A model generated the notes under the pieces. The model was given only the letters and a program-made list of their open reading frames with translations, was not told where the DNA came from and ran no database searches. A stretch of DNA of 63,936 nucleotides, the filler included, from Olpidium bornovanus S191 (taxonomy: Eukaryota > Fungi > Olpidiomycota): NCBI GenBank assembly GCA_017911155.1. It is 32 parts of 32 records of this genome, joined end to end, with 100 filler letters (N's around TTAATTAATTAA, not from the genome) between each part and the next. Parts side by side here need not be neighbours in the genome. Positions count along the whole stretch, not along the records: positions 10,547 to 13,025 come from JAEFCI010001928.1; positions 13,126 to 14,999 come from JAEFCI010004430.1; positions 15,100 to 16,215 come from JAEFCI010011412.1; positions 16,316 to 17,418 come from JAEFCI010007196.1; positions 17,519 to 21,419 come from JAEFCI010002585.1; positions 21,520 to 22,590 come from JAEFCI010009024.1; positions 22,691 to 24,489 come from JAEFCI010007776.1; 25 more parts are not named here. The stretch is one strand, 5' to 3'. This document shows, piece after piece, positions 12,587 to 24,589 of the stretch; within the stretch, counting starts at the first letter, position 1, and every line of letters begins with the position of its first letter. A program made the position numbers and the translations under genes.

Positions 12587-12967
12587 TGTGCTGCGGGAAA
12601 CGAGCGGCGGCGGGAACGGGCGGGGGGTGAGCTCCGCTCTCCTTTTTTTTTTTTCTGCCTCTTCGCTTAAAATTTCTCGTTCTCCCTCCGGGCGGGAATT
12701 TACACTGCTTCTTCAAAGGGAGCAATCACGTGACCATCCGCGGGTGAACACCTCCCGCCCCAAAAAGTTCTCCCCCGGCGCCGCTCCTCCTCCTCCGCAC
12801 GACAAAGGCCACACTCCCCGCGAGAACGCGAGATTTTCTTTTCCCAAGAGATTTTGATTTTTTACCACAATCTCACGGGGCTTGAGCCAGGAAAAGCTTT
12901 TTGTAGCAGCGTTATTCTCGCGAGGACCGTCAGCGCGGTAACTTGACGGGCGGGACGCAATAACGCC

Positions 12968-12998
<31 letters not shown>

Positions 12999-13125
12999 GA
13001 GAAAAAAAGATAGAGAAAAAAAAAANNNNNNNNNNNNNNNNNNNNNNNNNNNNNNNNNNNNNNNNNNNNTTAATTAATTAANNNNNNNNNNNNNNNNNNN
13101 NNNNNNNNNNNNNNNNNNNNNNNNN

Positions 13126-14244
13126 ACGTAGATCTCCAGCGGCTGAGTGGGGCATTGGTTTTCCGGAGCAGGTGAGAGTCCAGTCCCGAAGCGAACGACT
13201 TCCAGAAACTGCTTTCCCAGACCGTGGCCGAAGCGAAACGCATGTAGAAACCCACGTGTTGCATGAACTTTTTGCAGACTGGGCGACAATCTTTGCTGAG
13301 TGTTGCACTAAACATCATGACCTGCTTGTGGTGCGGAGTAGACCGGAAAATGTCCTGGACATCACGGCGCATATCTGAACACGTCAAATACCCCGTGTTA
13401 AATCCTTATCACTCGAAGGAAAAGCAACAATGATGGACAAATCCGCAGCAACATGGACTGACCTAGTGATTCCAACATCTTATCACACTCGTCGAGGACA
13501 AAGTGCTTAATGTTGTTGAGGCGCAGCGACTTATCCCGGATAAGCGCAAGCACCCGCCCAGGTGTGCCGACGATGATATGAGGGCACTTTTCCTTGTCTC
13601 GCAGGATTTCTTGGTCTTTCTTTATTGGCGTCCCCCCGTAAAACACCACCGTGCAGATGTTCGGCATGTACTTCTGGAACCTTGAGTACTCGTTCTTGAT
13701 CTGAAACGCGAGCTCGCGAGTGTGGCAGAGGACGATTACTGAGACCTCGCCGTTCGTCGGCTCCAGCTGTTGGAGCGTTGCAAGCACGAAAACGGCGGTC
13801 TTCCCCATCCCCGATTTCGCCTGGCAGAGGACGTCCATGCCAAGGATGGACTGCGGGATGCATTCTTGTTGAACTGGAAATTCCAAAATTAAGTCAATTT
13901 GGGGACTCGGTTTGGAACAACAAGCGGCCAAAAGTTACGGGACAAGGCACGTCGATCTACAAAGACGCGCTGTGCTGGAACGGACCTTCGCTTGGGTGTT
14001 CGAAACCGCAATCCACGATCGCCCGAAGAAGTTCCGGCTTCAGGAGGAAATCTCTGAACCCCGTTGAATGCACACCCACGTAGCTTCCCTTGTTGTCCTT
14101 ATTGACCTCCGCGTCCCATTTTGCTGCTTCTGCTGCAGCGCTCACCCCCAAACCATTGTTCCCGACGGCTCCACCAGTGTGGGACTGTTGCAAGGGGTCC
14201 TCCTCTTCGTCGTAGTCGATAAGGTCATCACCGTGGTCTGCCAT
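13126..14244 (-). CDS. SUB2: DEAD-box (DECD) RNA helicase Sub2/UAP56, N-terminal half (spliced, cut by contig end)
   Basis: [35 protein letters not shown]; [25 protein letters not shown]; [10 protein letters not shown]; VLDECDKML; [25 protein letters not shown]. Confidence 0.97.
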
Positions 14245-14901
14245 GGTCAGCCCTATGGTTGCCAGTTGTGTCGCAACGGTTGCGAGGACAGGGAACGGAT
14301 TAGCGGGATGTCCGTCGGTCGGCAGTCTTGTGTTTCGGCCTCTTGTGTCGGTTTCAAGAGGAGTGAGTCATGTGGAGGCGGCACCCTAGTCCAAACCACA
14401 AGCACGCATTTGCGCTTTATGAAACGGTCCGGCGTGCGTGCGAAGGGTCTTTGGTGCAGGCGGCAGAACAAACGGGACTTCCCGGGATCCCCATGCGGCG
14501 AAACACCCGCTGACGGCTAGCCCGCTAACGGCCAGCCCGCTAAAGCAACCTTGTGCTTCAGTCGAAGCCCCCTGCCCACTCAAAGGGCAAACCCGAGAGG
14601 CGGAAACGGCATACGGCGGCCCGGGGAAGAGGAGGGGGGAGAGAAAGTGGGGGCGCGGGGAAGGGACGCGCGAGGCGGGGAGCAACAGTCCGCAAAGGAC
14701 TTGCCCTCTGATTGGCCGCGAGGCGCCTCGCCGCAAACGGCTCCCGTGCAGCTTACGCCCAGGCGAAATGTTAAAAACGCGTCCCGCAGGGAAAAAATGC
14801 CTCAGAAGGCGCGGCGAGCGGACGGGCAATCGCCAGCCAGCGAGACCGGGGGGGGGGGGAAGGGAAGATGCGGCCGGGGAAAGAGCGCGCGGCTGTTAGG
14901 C

Positions 14902-14947
<46 letters not shown>

Positions 14948-16315
14948 CCACCCCCCCCCCACCCCCCCCCCCACCCCCCACCCCCCCCCCCCTCCCCCCN
15001 NNNNNNNNNNNNNNNNNNNNNNNNNNNNNNNNNNNNNNNNNNNTTAATTAATTAANNNNNNNNNNNNNNNNNNNNNNNNNNNNNNNNNNNNNNNNNNNNA
15101 AGGGGGGGGGAAAAAAAAAAAAAAAAAAAAAAAAAAAGAATAACGTCGGTGGGATTTTGCCGCGCTTCCTGGTATCCCGTCCTTGCCCCCCATCCCTCCC
15201 GTCCCCGGCCCCACTTTTTCTCTCTCTCTATCGGAGGATGCCTCGCGCAGGGAGCCCTGTTACGTGCGCTTTTGGGAAGCGAGGGAGGCGGGGATTGCCG
15301 TCGCTGCGGCCGGCGGGGTGTCTGAACGCTTCCTTGCGCAACGCCGCGGGGGGGAAAAAAAGAAAAAAACTGGGGGGGGGGGGGGGGTTGCCGCAATTCG
15401 CCTCTATTTGCCGCCGAATTAGGCACGGACCACCCGTAGAACGCACAAAATTCACGTTCGACCGGGCAGGGCACCGGCGATCTTCTGCCGGGCAGACAAA
15501 GCGGTTGGTTACTTTTTTGGTTTTTTTTTGTTTTTTTCGTCGAAGTGCGCCAAACGCAAATGAGGGAGAGCGGTGGGGGTGGAATCCCCGCAAGCCGCTT
15601 TTCGGCACGGAAAAGTTTCGAGGCGGCGGGTTCAAACTCGATTCTTTCGCGGGCGCGCGCGGGTATACTTTTACGACAAGCCGCGGCCCCCGGAAAATCG
15701 AAACGGCCCTTTCCCCCTTTTACCCCCACCGACTAATACAGCGCGCGGACGGGTTTTCCGCGAACGACACCCAGAAAATTAAACCCCACCAAAAACCGGT
15801 TGCGAGTACGTAAGCTCTAGAACAGTTTCGTACAGAAATAGAAAAAAAAAGAGATTTCGAAACCGGTCGGATGGGGGGCAAAAAGGGCGGCGGGCGAGGT
15901 GACGAATATTATCGGGATTGGATTGGGGGCGTTGCAAATGACGATCAAATATATGCAGGACTTTCTGTGAATTTAAAGTGATGTACAAATTTTGTTGCTC
16001 GGCTGACCAAAAAAAAACCCCAAAAAAAAGAAAAATTAGCGGGTCAAGTTTCTTCTACCCACCTTCTTACTTCCCCGGTGTCCTCGCCGAGAAACGGCCT
16101 CTCGGCCCTGTCGGCGGCGGCGGGTTCGAGGTTCCGCACGCGCCTGAGGAACAGCAGGGCGGCTTCGGCGTTCAGCTGCAGCGCCCGGGCGGGGTTGATG
16201 ATTCCGCACTTCATGNNNNNNNNNNNNNNNNNNNNNNNNNNNNNNNNNNNNNNNNNNNNTTAATTAATTAANNNNNNNNNNNNNNNNNNNNNNNNNNNNN
16301 NNNNNNNNNNNNNNN

Positions 16316-17418
16316 CATGGTGCTCCTTGAGGAGATGCTGTGGAAGGACGCGAAGCCCGCCGGCCGCGCCTCGTACGACGCGAACGGCACTTTGATCATA
16401 TATGCGCCGCAGCGGAACGTGCTGCTGAGGATAATGGACACTCAGGAACACTTCAAGTGCGATTTCACCCGGAACTGCCTGTTCTTCGATCGTTCGCCGG
16501 AAGAGCTGAAAAGAATACTGGGTGACCTCGATTCCAAGGTCTTCAAAGACGGTAATTTGGATCCCGCGCCGTCTCCCGGGTCGGCGGCCGCGCCGGCGGG
16601 CGTCCAGTGGACTCCGCCGCGGCATCCCCCGGGAAACCCTCACTCCCACCAGCCCGTCAGCAGCTGCAGCTCACAGGCCTGTCACATTGCCCAATGCGCG
16701 GAATCGCCGGTATTCCGGGGGACGAGGCCGGGTTCGCCACCGGCGCCGGGCGCCGGGCCCCGGCTGTCGCCACCGAAGCCCGCGGCGCAGCCGACGTCTG
16801 GGCCGGCGTCACCGCGGTCTGCGTGCGCGCCCGGATTTCCGAACGTTCCTCCGGGGCCTTCCGGCAACCCAAAAACCGCCCCCGCGGCGTGGGACGACCA
16901 GCAGCACCAGCTCTGCGGCGCCGGATCCCCGTCCGTGTCGGCCGGGCCGTCATATTCCTGCGACCCGACGTCGCCGACGCCGGCGTCGTCTTCCTCAACG
17001 ACGGCGGCGTCGCGGAGCTGCGGGAGGTCGGCTGGTCCCGGCCGGCTGGTAATCAGGATGCCGAAGACGGACGACGGCGTCTTCGACAGTGTCGTGCAGC
17101 CAGGCGCGAAGCCGTGCTCTTTGCGGGAAGACGGCCGCATCTGCCGAACTTCGGCCATCCCCTCCAGCGCCGCCGTCGCCGCCCCTTCCGCCCCGCCGAC
17201 GACGGCGGTGGGGGCGGCGGCTGCAACGCCGCCGACGGTGCCGAGCTCACCTCACCGGGCAACCAACTGCGACAGCAGGAGAGGGTTCCAACCGCTACCA
17301 ACGCCGCCAGCGAGCCCCGTGCTGCCGGATTCGGCAGTCCACCTCGAGACGCGGTCGTCGTCCACGGCGACGCCTGCGCCAGCGACACCGCTCCCATCCT
17401 CCGGCGGCAAGGTCATGC
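16316..17418 (+). CDS. Unknown protein fragment: ~85-aa ordered segment followed by a long Pro/Ser/Ala-rich region
   Basis: The frame is open across the whole contig (about 367 codons) with high GC3 in the first part. No family recognised. Confidence 0.45.
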
Positions 17419-17518
17419 NNNNNNNNNNNNNNNNNNNNNNNNNNNNNNNNNNNNNNNNNNNNTTAATTAATTAANNNNNNNNNNNNNNNNNNNNNNNNNN
17501 NNNNNNNNNNNNNNNNNN

Positions 17519-19242
17519 GCCGGAGGAGGCCGAAGCAGTGCGCCGAGAGATTGGGGCCCCCCGGGAGGTTAATCCGACCGAGCCCGGCCGCAATCCAGCC
17601 GGCCCGGCCCGTCCCTCGCCGCGCGCGTACGAGTCCATGCTGGGCGCCTGGGAGGTGCTCTCGAAGGACAGGGGCCTCCTCCGCGAAACCGAGGTCAGGG
17701 ACCGCTTCGGAGCCTGCGATTGAGGACCCGGACTACGCGTTGTCGCAGCCCGCGTGAGCATCGACGCCGGAGCGGAAGCCGTGTCGGTACCGGCCGTCAC
17801 GGTCGAGGCCTGAATTGTTTCGAACAATTTGGCCCCACCATCCACCCCGCCGCAGGAACACGGAGCGGCATGATGTCAGCAACACGGCCCCCTCCCCGCA
17901 CCTTTGCCAGACCGGACCGCACCGCCCGCAAAAGAAACAAAAAAAAGATCACGAAGGAAAAAAAAAAAAAAAAAAACTACGAGAGTCCGAACCTTGCGGA
18001 CGTACGCCCCTTTGAAACCTGTGAACATGTCCGTCCTCTCCACGGCGGCGATGAGCTTCGCGCTTCCCAGGTAGTCCACTTTGCTGGCGTTATTGATTTT
18101 CGCCTGGGCCGGGCGAAAAAGGAGGCCCGGGGGTAGCGAGAAGACGCTGAGGCCGTCAATGCCCTCCTCGATCGCCTGGTCGATGATGTCGTGGTCCGCG
18201 GACTGCTTTTCCTTCTGGGCATCGAACAGGTCGGCGGTGCCGGCATCGCCTTCGCCCATGAACAGGTAGCATAGCCCGCGGTTGTACAGCACTTCGCAGC
18301 TGAACAGCTTGTAGTCCAGGCCCAGCTGCTTGTAGTCGATGAGGAGGTTGCCCCGCAGGTACTGGGTTTTTTGGGAAGCCCCCGTCGCGCCGGGCGGCCG
18401 AGGAGGCTGACAGCCTGAGCATCCGGCCCCCGAACAGCTTGGCGCAAAACGTTACGCCGTCGACACCCCGCAAAAAAAGAAAAAAAAAAAAAAAGAAACA
18501 GAAACGTACCTGCAGAGTGTCGTTGAAATCCGCGACCGCGGCCTCGAAATCCCCCAGCAAAAAATTTGAGACGCCCTTCTGAAAGTAGGCGACGGCGAAG
18601 TACTGGTCTGCTGTCACCGCATCAACAAACGCCTTGATCTGAGGGGAGGGTGGAGGGGGAGATTCCACGAACGAGGGGCTCAAAAATGTCATACCAGTTG
18701 TCCGCTCTGTTCAGAACGAAGCGGATCTACCGCGGTCGACGGCACGCCGCTGCGCCTCCGGCCGTCTGCTTACCGCCGACTCGTGCTCCTGTAATGCTGC
18801 CAGGACGGTGCCGATGTTGAAATAGATCTTCGCTGAGTCGGCAATTTTCTGCGGGTTTGCCAGATTGGGGTAAAAAGCAAGGTTTCGTTGATCTGTCGCA
18901 AACTCGTGAACCTCTCTCCTCCCTCTCTACCCCCAGTTCTCTCTCTCCCCCTCAACCCCCACCAAAATAAAAAAGAGAAGTGACAGCTCTCGCCTGCAGT
19001 CGGACCACCCACGTCGAACAATGACAAAGCCTTGTCGAAGTCCTCGGCGTCATACGCCGAGCAGGCATCGTTCCATATCAGCAACTCCTCCTGCGGGTAA
19101 CGGTGAAGGGAGAGGGAGACTGTGTTCAGCCGGGGAAGGGAGACATTTATCGGTGCGAACGACCACGTAACCAGACGAGGAAACCAATTTTTTTTATTCT
19201 TCGCTCGATGCTCCTTCGGCTCTTCCTCACTTTGATGGACAT
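17519..19242 (-). CDS. noxR: NADPH oxidase regulator NoxR (p67phox-like TPR protein), spliced, 3' truncated
   Basis: MSIK|QEELLIWNDACSAYDAEDFDKAL; SAKIYFNIG; DQYFAVAYFQKGVSNFLLGDFEAA; LRGNLLIDYKQLGLDYKLFSCEVLYNRGLCY; FSLPPGLLFRP; DYLGSAKLIA; FTGF. These are the canonical NoxR motifs. Confidence 0.95.
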
Positions 19243-19564
19243 CGCGGCTGGGCACAGCCGCGGAAACGTGCGTGTGTATGTGTGTGTGCGGGCGGGGGCG
19301 GATGTGGGTGTGTAATGCGGGCGAGTCCGCTTTTTGCTTTGTTTTTTTTTCTTTCTAGATCAGGAAGTTTTGGGCGGCCGCATCCGGTCGTTGCGGGTGC
19401 AAAAAGCGAGAAAGAAAAAAAAATTACGAATAAGGGGGAAGAGAGGGAGAAAAGAAAAAAGTGAAAAAAAAATAAAATAAAATCGGGAGCTTTTTACCCC
19501 GCACCGCCCCGTGGGGAGGGCTTCCGGCGGAGGGGCGAGTGGGGCCGCCCTCGGGGGTGTGCGT

Positions 19565-19624
<60 letters not shown>

Positions 19625-20599
19625 TGGGGAGCGAGGGAAGAGGGCCAGCAGGGCCGCGGGGGCGCGGAGCAGGGGAACAGGGGCCCGATTGGCGGAGTGT
19701 TTTTTTATTTATCTACTTTTTATTGGATCTGGGCCCGCCCCGCGCCGCCGAGACTCTCCTCACCCACATTTTCCTTTTCCCACCCCCCCCCGCCCAGCGG
19801 GATTTTCTTTCCCGCCGAAAATGTTCCGTCCAGGCGAAAAAGAGAGAGAGAGAAAGAGGAAGGGGGAGGGGGGAGAGGGGAGAAGGGGGCCAAGCCGTGC
19901 GAGCCGGAAAAGCGCGGGATCCGCAGCAACGCTCTGCTGCGGGCTTGCGTGGAATGCGCTTGCGTTTGTTTCCTCCGCATCTCGAGAGGGCAGAGTTATT
20001 TTTTTTTCTTTGTTATTTTTTTGCCGTCGCAGTCGGAATTTTTTTTTCCTCCGAACAACGGAACGTTCCCCCCCCCCCCTTCCCCCCGCCGCCTCCCGGG
20101 CCGGCTCTTTCTTCCGGGGAAGCTGCCCCGGTCCGCCCAACCTCCCCTTCCCCCCACCACACACACACACACACACGCGCGCACAGTCGCGCGCGGCCTG
20201 CGGAAAACCCGGAGCGAAATTCGCAATTCGGCTGGCCCCCCCCCCCCCCCCTCCCTTTCCCCTCTCCCCCGGCGATTTGAGGAGCCCCGCGGCGTGTAAT
20301 GGGCGTCATACTTCCCCGGGTAGGAAAGCGGCCGTGCGCCGTGCGGGTTCCTGTTCGGTTTCTGCACTGAGACTCCTCCCTCCTCGGGCGGCTGCGCGCG
20401 CTCTGAAGAACTGCGGGAATCCTGCACGGCGTTGGGGTGCCGGCCGGCCTCCTCCCTTGCCCGCCCGCCCGTTCGCCCCGCGCCTTCCTCCGCTTCCCCG
20501 GAACGCACGCTTGCTCGCACAACCCACTTCGGGAAAAAAAAAAAAAAAAAAAAAAAAAAAACCCCCAAAAAAAACCCCCCCCCCCCCCCCCCCCCCCCG

Positions 20600-20656
<57 letters not shown>

Positions 20657-20760
20657 CCCCCCCCCCCCCCCCCCCCCCCCAGGAACCCCCCCCCCCCCCC
20701 CCGCCCCCCCTCGGAAAAAAAAAAAAAAAAAAAAAAAAAAAAGCCCACACGAACAACCGC

Positions 20761-21307
20761 CATGCACCCGTTCCCTTCCCGGTCCTACTCCTCCTCCTCC
20801 TCCTCTCCCCCCTTCTCCTCGTCCCCTTCCTCGCCTTCGCCCCGCGCCCGTGCCGCCGCCGGCTCTCCGCCCTCGTCGCCGGCCGGTCCGGCTGCCCTGG
20901 GCTCGCCCTCCCGCGCGGAGGCGGTCGACGGCGGCGGCGGCGGCGGCGACACGCTCGCCCGTCCCGCATCGCCGCCGGCCTTGGACGGGTCCGCCGGCGC
21001 CCTCGGCGTCGAGAGCCCCCTTTTCGACCCCCGCGACCCTCCCACCGGCGCAGGGATCGCGGGCCGGGGCTCGCGCGGGGATTCCCGCCCCGGAGGCCGC
21101 GGCGGATACCGCAGGATATCCGTCTGCGACGACCGCTCCGCCCCGCCGCTCCCGGCCGGCGGCGGCGCCGGGCGACGGGAGATCGCGTTCCAGCCCTTTG
21201 CCTGCTGGGAGGTCGCCTGGATGGTCGCCAGCGCCCTCGGGGTCCTGGCGCTGGTCGTGAACGCTGTCCTGATCAGCGTCGGCAGGATCGGCAGGGGCGC
21301 GGAGTGA
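20761..21307 (+). CDS. Putative small protein with a low-complexity N-terminus and one C-terminal transmembrane helix
   Basis: The ORF ends in the hydrophobic stretch VAWMVASALGVLALVVNAVLISVG. No family recognised, and it may be the first exon of a longer gene. Confidence 0.35.
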
Positions 21308-21373
21308 GCCTTTCCTTCTCTCCCCGCCGCACCACGACCCACCCTACACCGTCTACACTGTCCTTGGCTTCCC

Positions 21374-21408
<35 letters not shown>

Positions 21409-21953
21409 CCGGCCGCCCCNNNNNNNNNNNNNNNNNNNNNNNNNNNNNNNNNNNNNNNNNNNNTTAATTAATTAANNNNNNNNNNNNNNNNNNNNNNNNN
21501 NNNNNNNNNNNNNNNNNNNCCCCCCCCCCCCCCGGTTTTGTTTTCGGTCGAATGGATTTTTTTTTTTTTGGTTTGGTTTGGTTTGATTTTTTTTTTTTTT
21601 TTTTTTTCTTCCGGCCTCGGTCGGAGCGTGTGTCGCCGGGCGTCCCCCCGGGGGGACGGGATGGGGGATGGGGGAAAAAGCGCGGGGGGTTTTGGCCAAC
21701 GTCTCAACAGACCCGGAAATATTCCTGTAGGCCGGCGGGGAGGTTTGAGAAAGCGTCCCTTCCCCCGCGCTCCCTTCTTCTTCCTCGCAACGCGCAGTCG
21801 CGCGCATTCGCTCGGCGCGCGCGCGTGTGACTGGGGGGGCGGGGGGGGAAGGGGGTGGGTGGGAGGGAAAGGCGGTTTATCGGGAGTTTCTGAAGAGGAT
21901 CGCCCGGCGCGTATCCGCGGCAACCCGACGCGGTGTGCTGTTGCCTGGAGACG

Positions 21954-21984
<31 letters not shown>

Positions 21985-22690
21985 CGGGGGGGCGGGGGGG
22001 GGGGGGGAGGAGGGGGGGCAGGTCGGGCGGCCCGGGTTAAACCACCAGTTTCCGCCACCGGGTCCGGGGCTTTAACGGCCCGCGAGAAGAAAAAAAAAAA
22101 AATGAAATGAAGGCTGGAACCTATCGTCCCGGTCTTCCGTCAAAGTTTCACTGCTGCTCGACCGTTCCCGGGGCTACTTCTCCCCTTTCCCGCCTTCGTC
22201 CGCCGTTGTCCAAAACCTGTATTTCAAAACGGTCCGATTACGGGGACCCCCCTTCCCCCCCCCCCCCTTCCCCCAGCAGCTTCCTGCACGGGGTTGACAC
22301 CTCCTGCAGAGGCAAAGCGAGCTGCATGTGGATGATCGTCTGCTGGTGCGGGAGACGCGGATGGCAGCGCTTCTACGCGCTGCAGCATTTTCGTGGCCGG
22401 TGCACTGGAATGCTTACCCATTGGGACCGGGAGAGCTTGTCCAACCGCCAATGCTGGAAATACATATTTCATGGAAATTTGGCCGCCAGGTCATCAGCCT
22501 GGACATCCCAGATCATATACGAGCGCGGCAGGCCGAGAGTTTGGCGCGAATTCCGTTCCCCGCCGTTGTCGGCGCGGCGAAAGTGGGGAGNNNNNNNNNN
22601 NNNNNNNNNNNNNNNNNNNNNNNNNNNNNNNNNNTTAATTAATTAANNNNNNNNNNNNNNNNNNNNNNNNNNNNNNNNNNNNNNNNNNNN

Positions 22691-23027
22691 CCATGCCCTC
22701 GAGAGCGAGCTTGGCAGCACTGCAGTCGCCCGGGTTGGACTCCCAGAGGCCGACCATATCCTCGACTTTCAAAACTCCTCCATCGGCCGTGGAGTTATCA
22801 ACAGGCGTTGGGGCGACGGGGCAGGAATCTAGTAGTCCGGTAGCGAAGGCTGTGGAGGAGTTCCCAACGGTCACTGTCGATGCAGCGGCAGCCCTGGCTC
22901 GCCGCAGCGCGTAGACGGTCGTAAGGCGGCTTGCCCATGTGATCCAACAGCGCGCTGGCGTGGCGACCTGTAGCAGCAAGAGTACAGCGCTTGTCCCGGC
23001 GCAAAAGCGGAGATGCTGGAGTTTCAT
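22691..23027 (-). CDS. Putative secreted protein, N-terminal fragment
   Basis: MKLQHLRFCAGTSAVLLLLQVATPARC has a signal-peptide-like profile. The frame stays open to the contig end. Confidence 0.45.
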
Positions 23028-23450
23028 GAGGCGAAATTCGGCCTTGCCGTGTCTCTGTTAGCAGTCACTGTTGATTGGGCTGCCTCCATCTTCAGAAGCA
23101 CCTCGATGCGGCTGGAGGGTAACACCTGGACTTTAGATTAGGTGTGCACGATCTGCTACCTCGCTCCCAACGAATATGGTGATCGGCGTTCCGAGAACGG
23201 CACGGCGGAGATTTTGCAGATTAGCTCGGGAATTTTGACATTGGCAGGGGAATCCCGGGCGTTGGGAAAAAGCGAAGTACCTGTCGTTGTCATTGCCTCC
23301 AATCGATACGCAGCTTGGCACACGTCTTAAGAAAAATTGTAACGTCGTTTGCGAAACGCTGAAACACAAACTTGGGGAACCGTCAAGCAAACGAGGAAAC
23401 CTAAGAGCGCAAAACCCATCGTCGCAATTCCCGCGTTGGAGCCATTGGCA

Positions 23451-24489
23451 ATGCCGCAGTTGGATCAGGCACGTTCGCGGGCACCCATGACTCTCACGGC
23501 ACACCACATATTAAACAGCCTGTTTTTGTGTGCGCCCCTATGCGTCCAGGAAGCGATCGAATACTTCGAGCGGAAACAGATCTCTCCTGTCCTCGAGGTT
23601 CGTGACGGCCGTGATGGACGGGATGATCTGGGCCGTTTGGCCTTGCAAGTTGGGCGGCTTACAGGACTGGTCGGCAGAGCATTCTAGCTGGGTTGACGGT
23701 CAACAAGCCCGAGGACCCGATCACTTACATGGAGGAATGCCTTGCGAAAATCAAAAAGGAGAGGGAGGCGGGGAAGCAGGGAGTCGAGTGGGACACCTTC
23801 GTCCGCAGCTCAAAGACAGGCGGCCATCATGGCGCAGTGCCGGGCCCCGGACATCCTCCGAAAAGGCCGACCGCAGGCGCGCACCACATTGAGCCGATCC
23901 AGGGGAAGGGGTCCGGCTCAGGCCCGTCCGGAACGCCGTTATTGCCTCGGGTTCAAGCGAAAAGCATCTTTCCAAAACCAGCGAACACGCCGCAAAAGAT
24001 CGTTGGCAAGGCCGGGCCTTCGGCGCTGGATGGGGACCTGCCGCAGACCCATCGGAAGCTACCGGGCATATTAAAGCCGACGGAGGCGTCGTTAGAAAAA
24101 GGCAAGAATGACGATCCGGCGGACAAACGGCAGCCGGCGTCAAAACAAAAGATTGTTCCAGATATTTCCCACGCCCGGGCCGCGGGACAGGGAATCAATT
24201 CTGGCGCAGTTCAAGAGAAGAAGCACGAGTATCCGAGCGACAAGATCGTTTTCGTCCTTGGCGGACCTGGGTATTATTTCAATTGCTGATATCCTCGCCA
24301 CGAGCTTACTGCCAAAATTGGCACCGATACCAAGCTCTGCACACATTTACTGACAATCCACGCGTTTCCATGGCCAAGATGCGGCAAAGGTACCAACTGT
24401 GTGCGCCTCGCAAAAGAGTTCGGCCTTACCCATCTGTCGGTTGGCGATCTGCTGCGAGAAGAAGTTGCCACAGGCTCGAACCTTGGCAA
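23451..24489 (+). CDS. Adenylate kinase 5-like protein: N-terminal Dpy-30/RIIa-type docking domain, linker and start of the NMP-kinase domain (spliced, 3' truncated)
   Basis: EAIEYFERKQISPVLE|SILAGLTVNKPEDPITYMEECL resembles the AK5 N-terminus (AKEYL.RREIPQLFESLL.GLM..KPEDPVEYLESCL). KIVFVLGGPG|CGKGTNCVRLAKEFGLTHLSVGDLLREEVATGS is the NMP-kinase P-loop and NMP-binding start. Confidence 0.85.
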
Positions 24490-24589
24490 NNNNNNNNNNN
24501 NNNNNNNNNNNNNNNNNNNNNNNNNNNNNNNNNTTAATTAATTAANNNNNNNNNNNNNNNNNNNNNNNNNNNNNNNNNNNNNNNNNNNN

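Noticed and set aside
19511-21471. Long Gly/Pro/Lys/Phe-rich ORFs (for example 19539-21260, also 35189-35725 and 49236-50191)
   Set aside because: They are translations of homopolymer and microsatellite tracts in GC-rich stop-poor DNA, with no protein-like composition.
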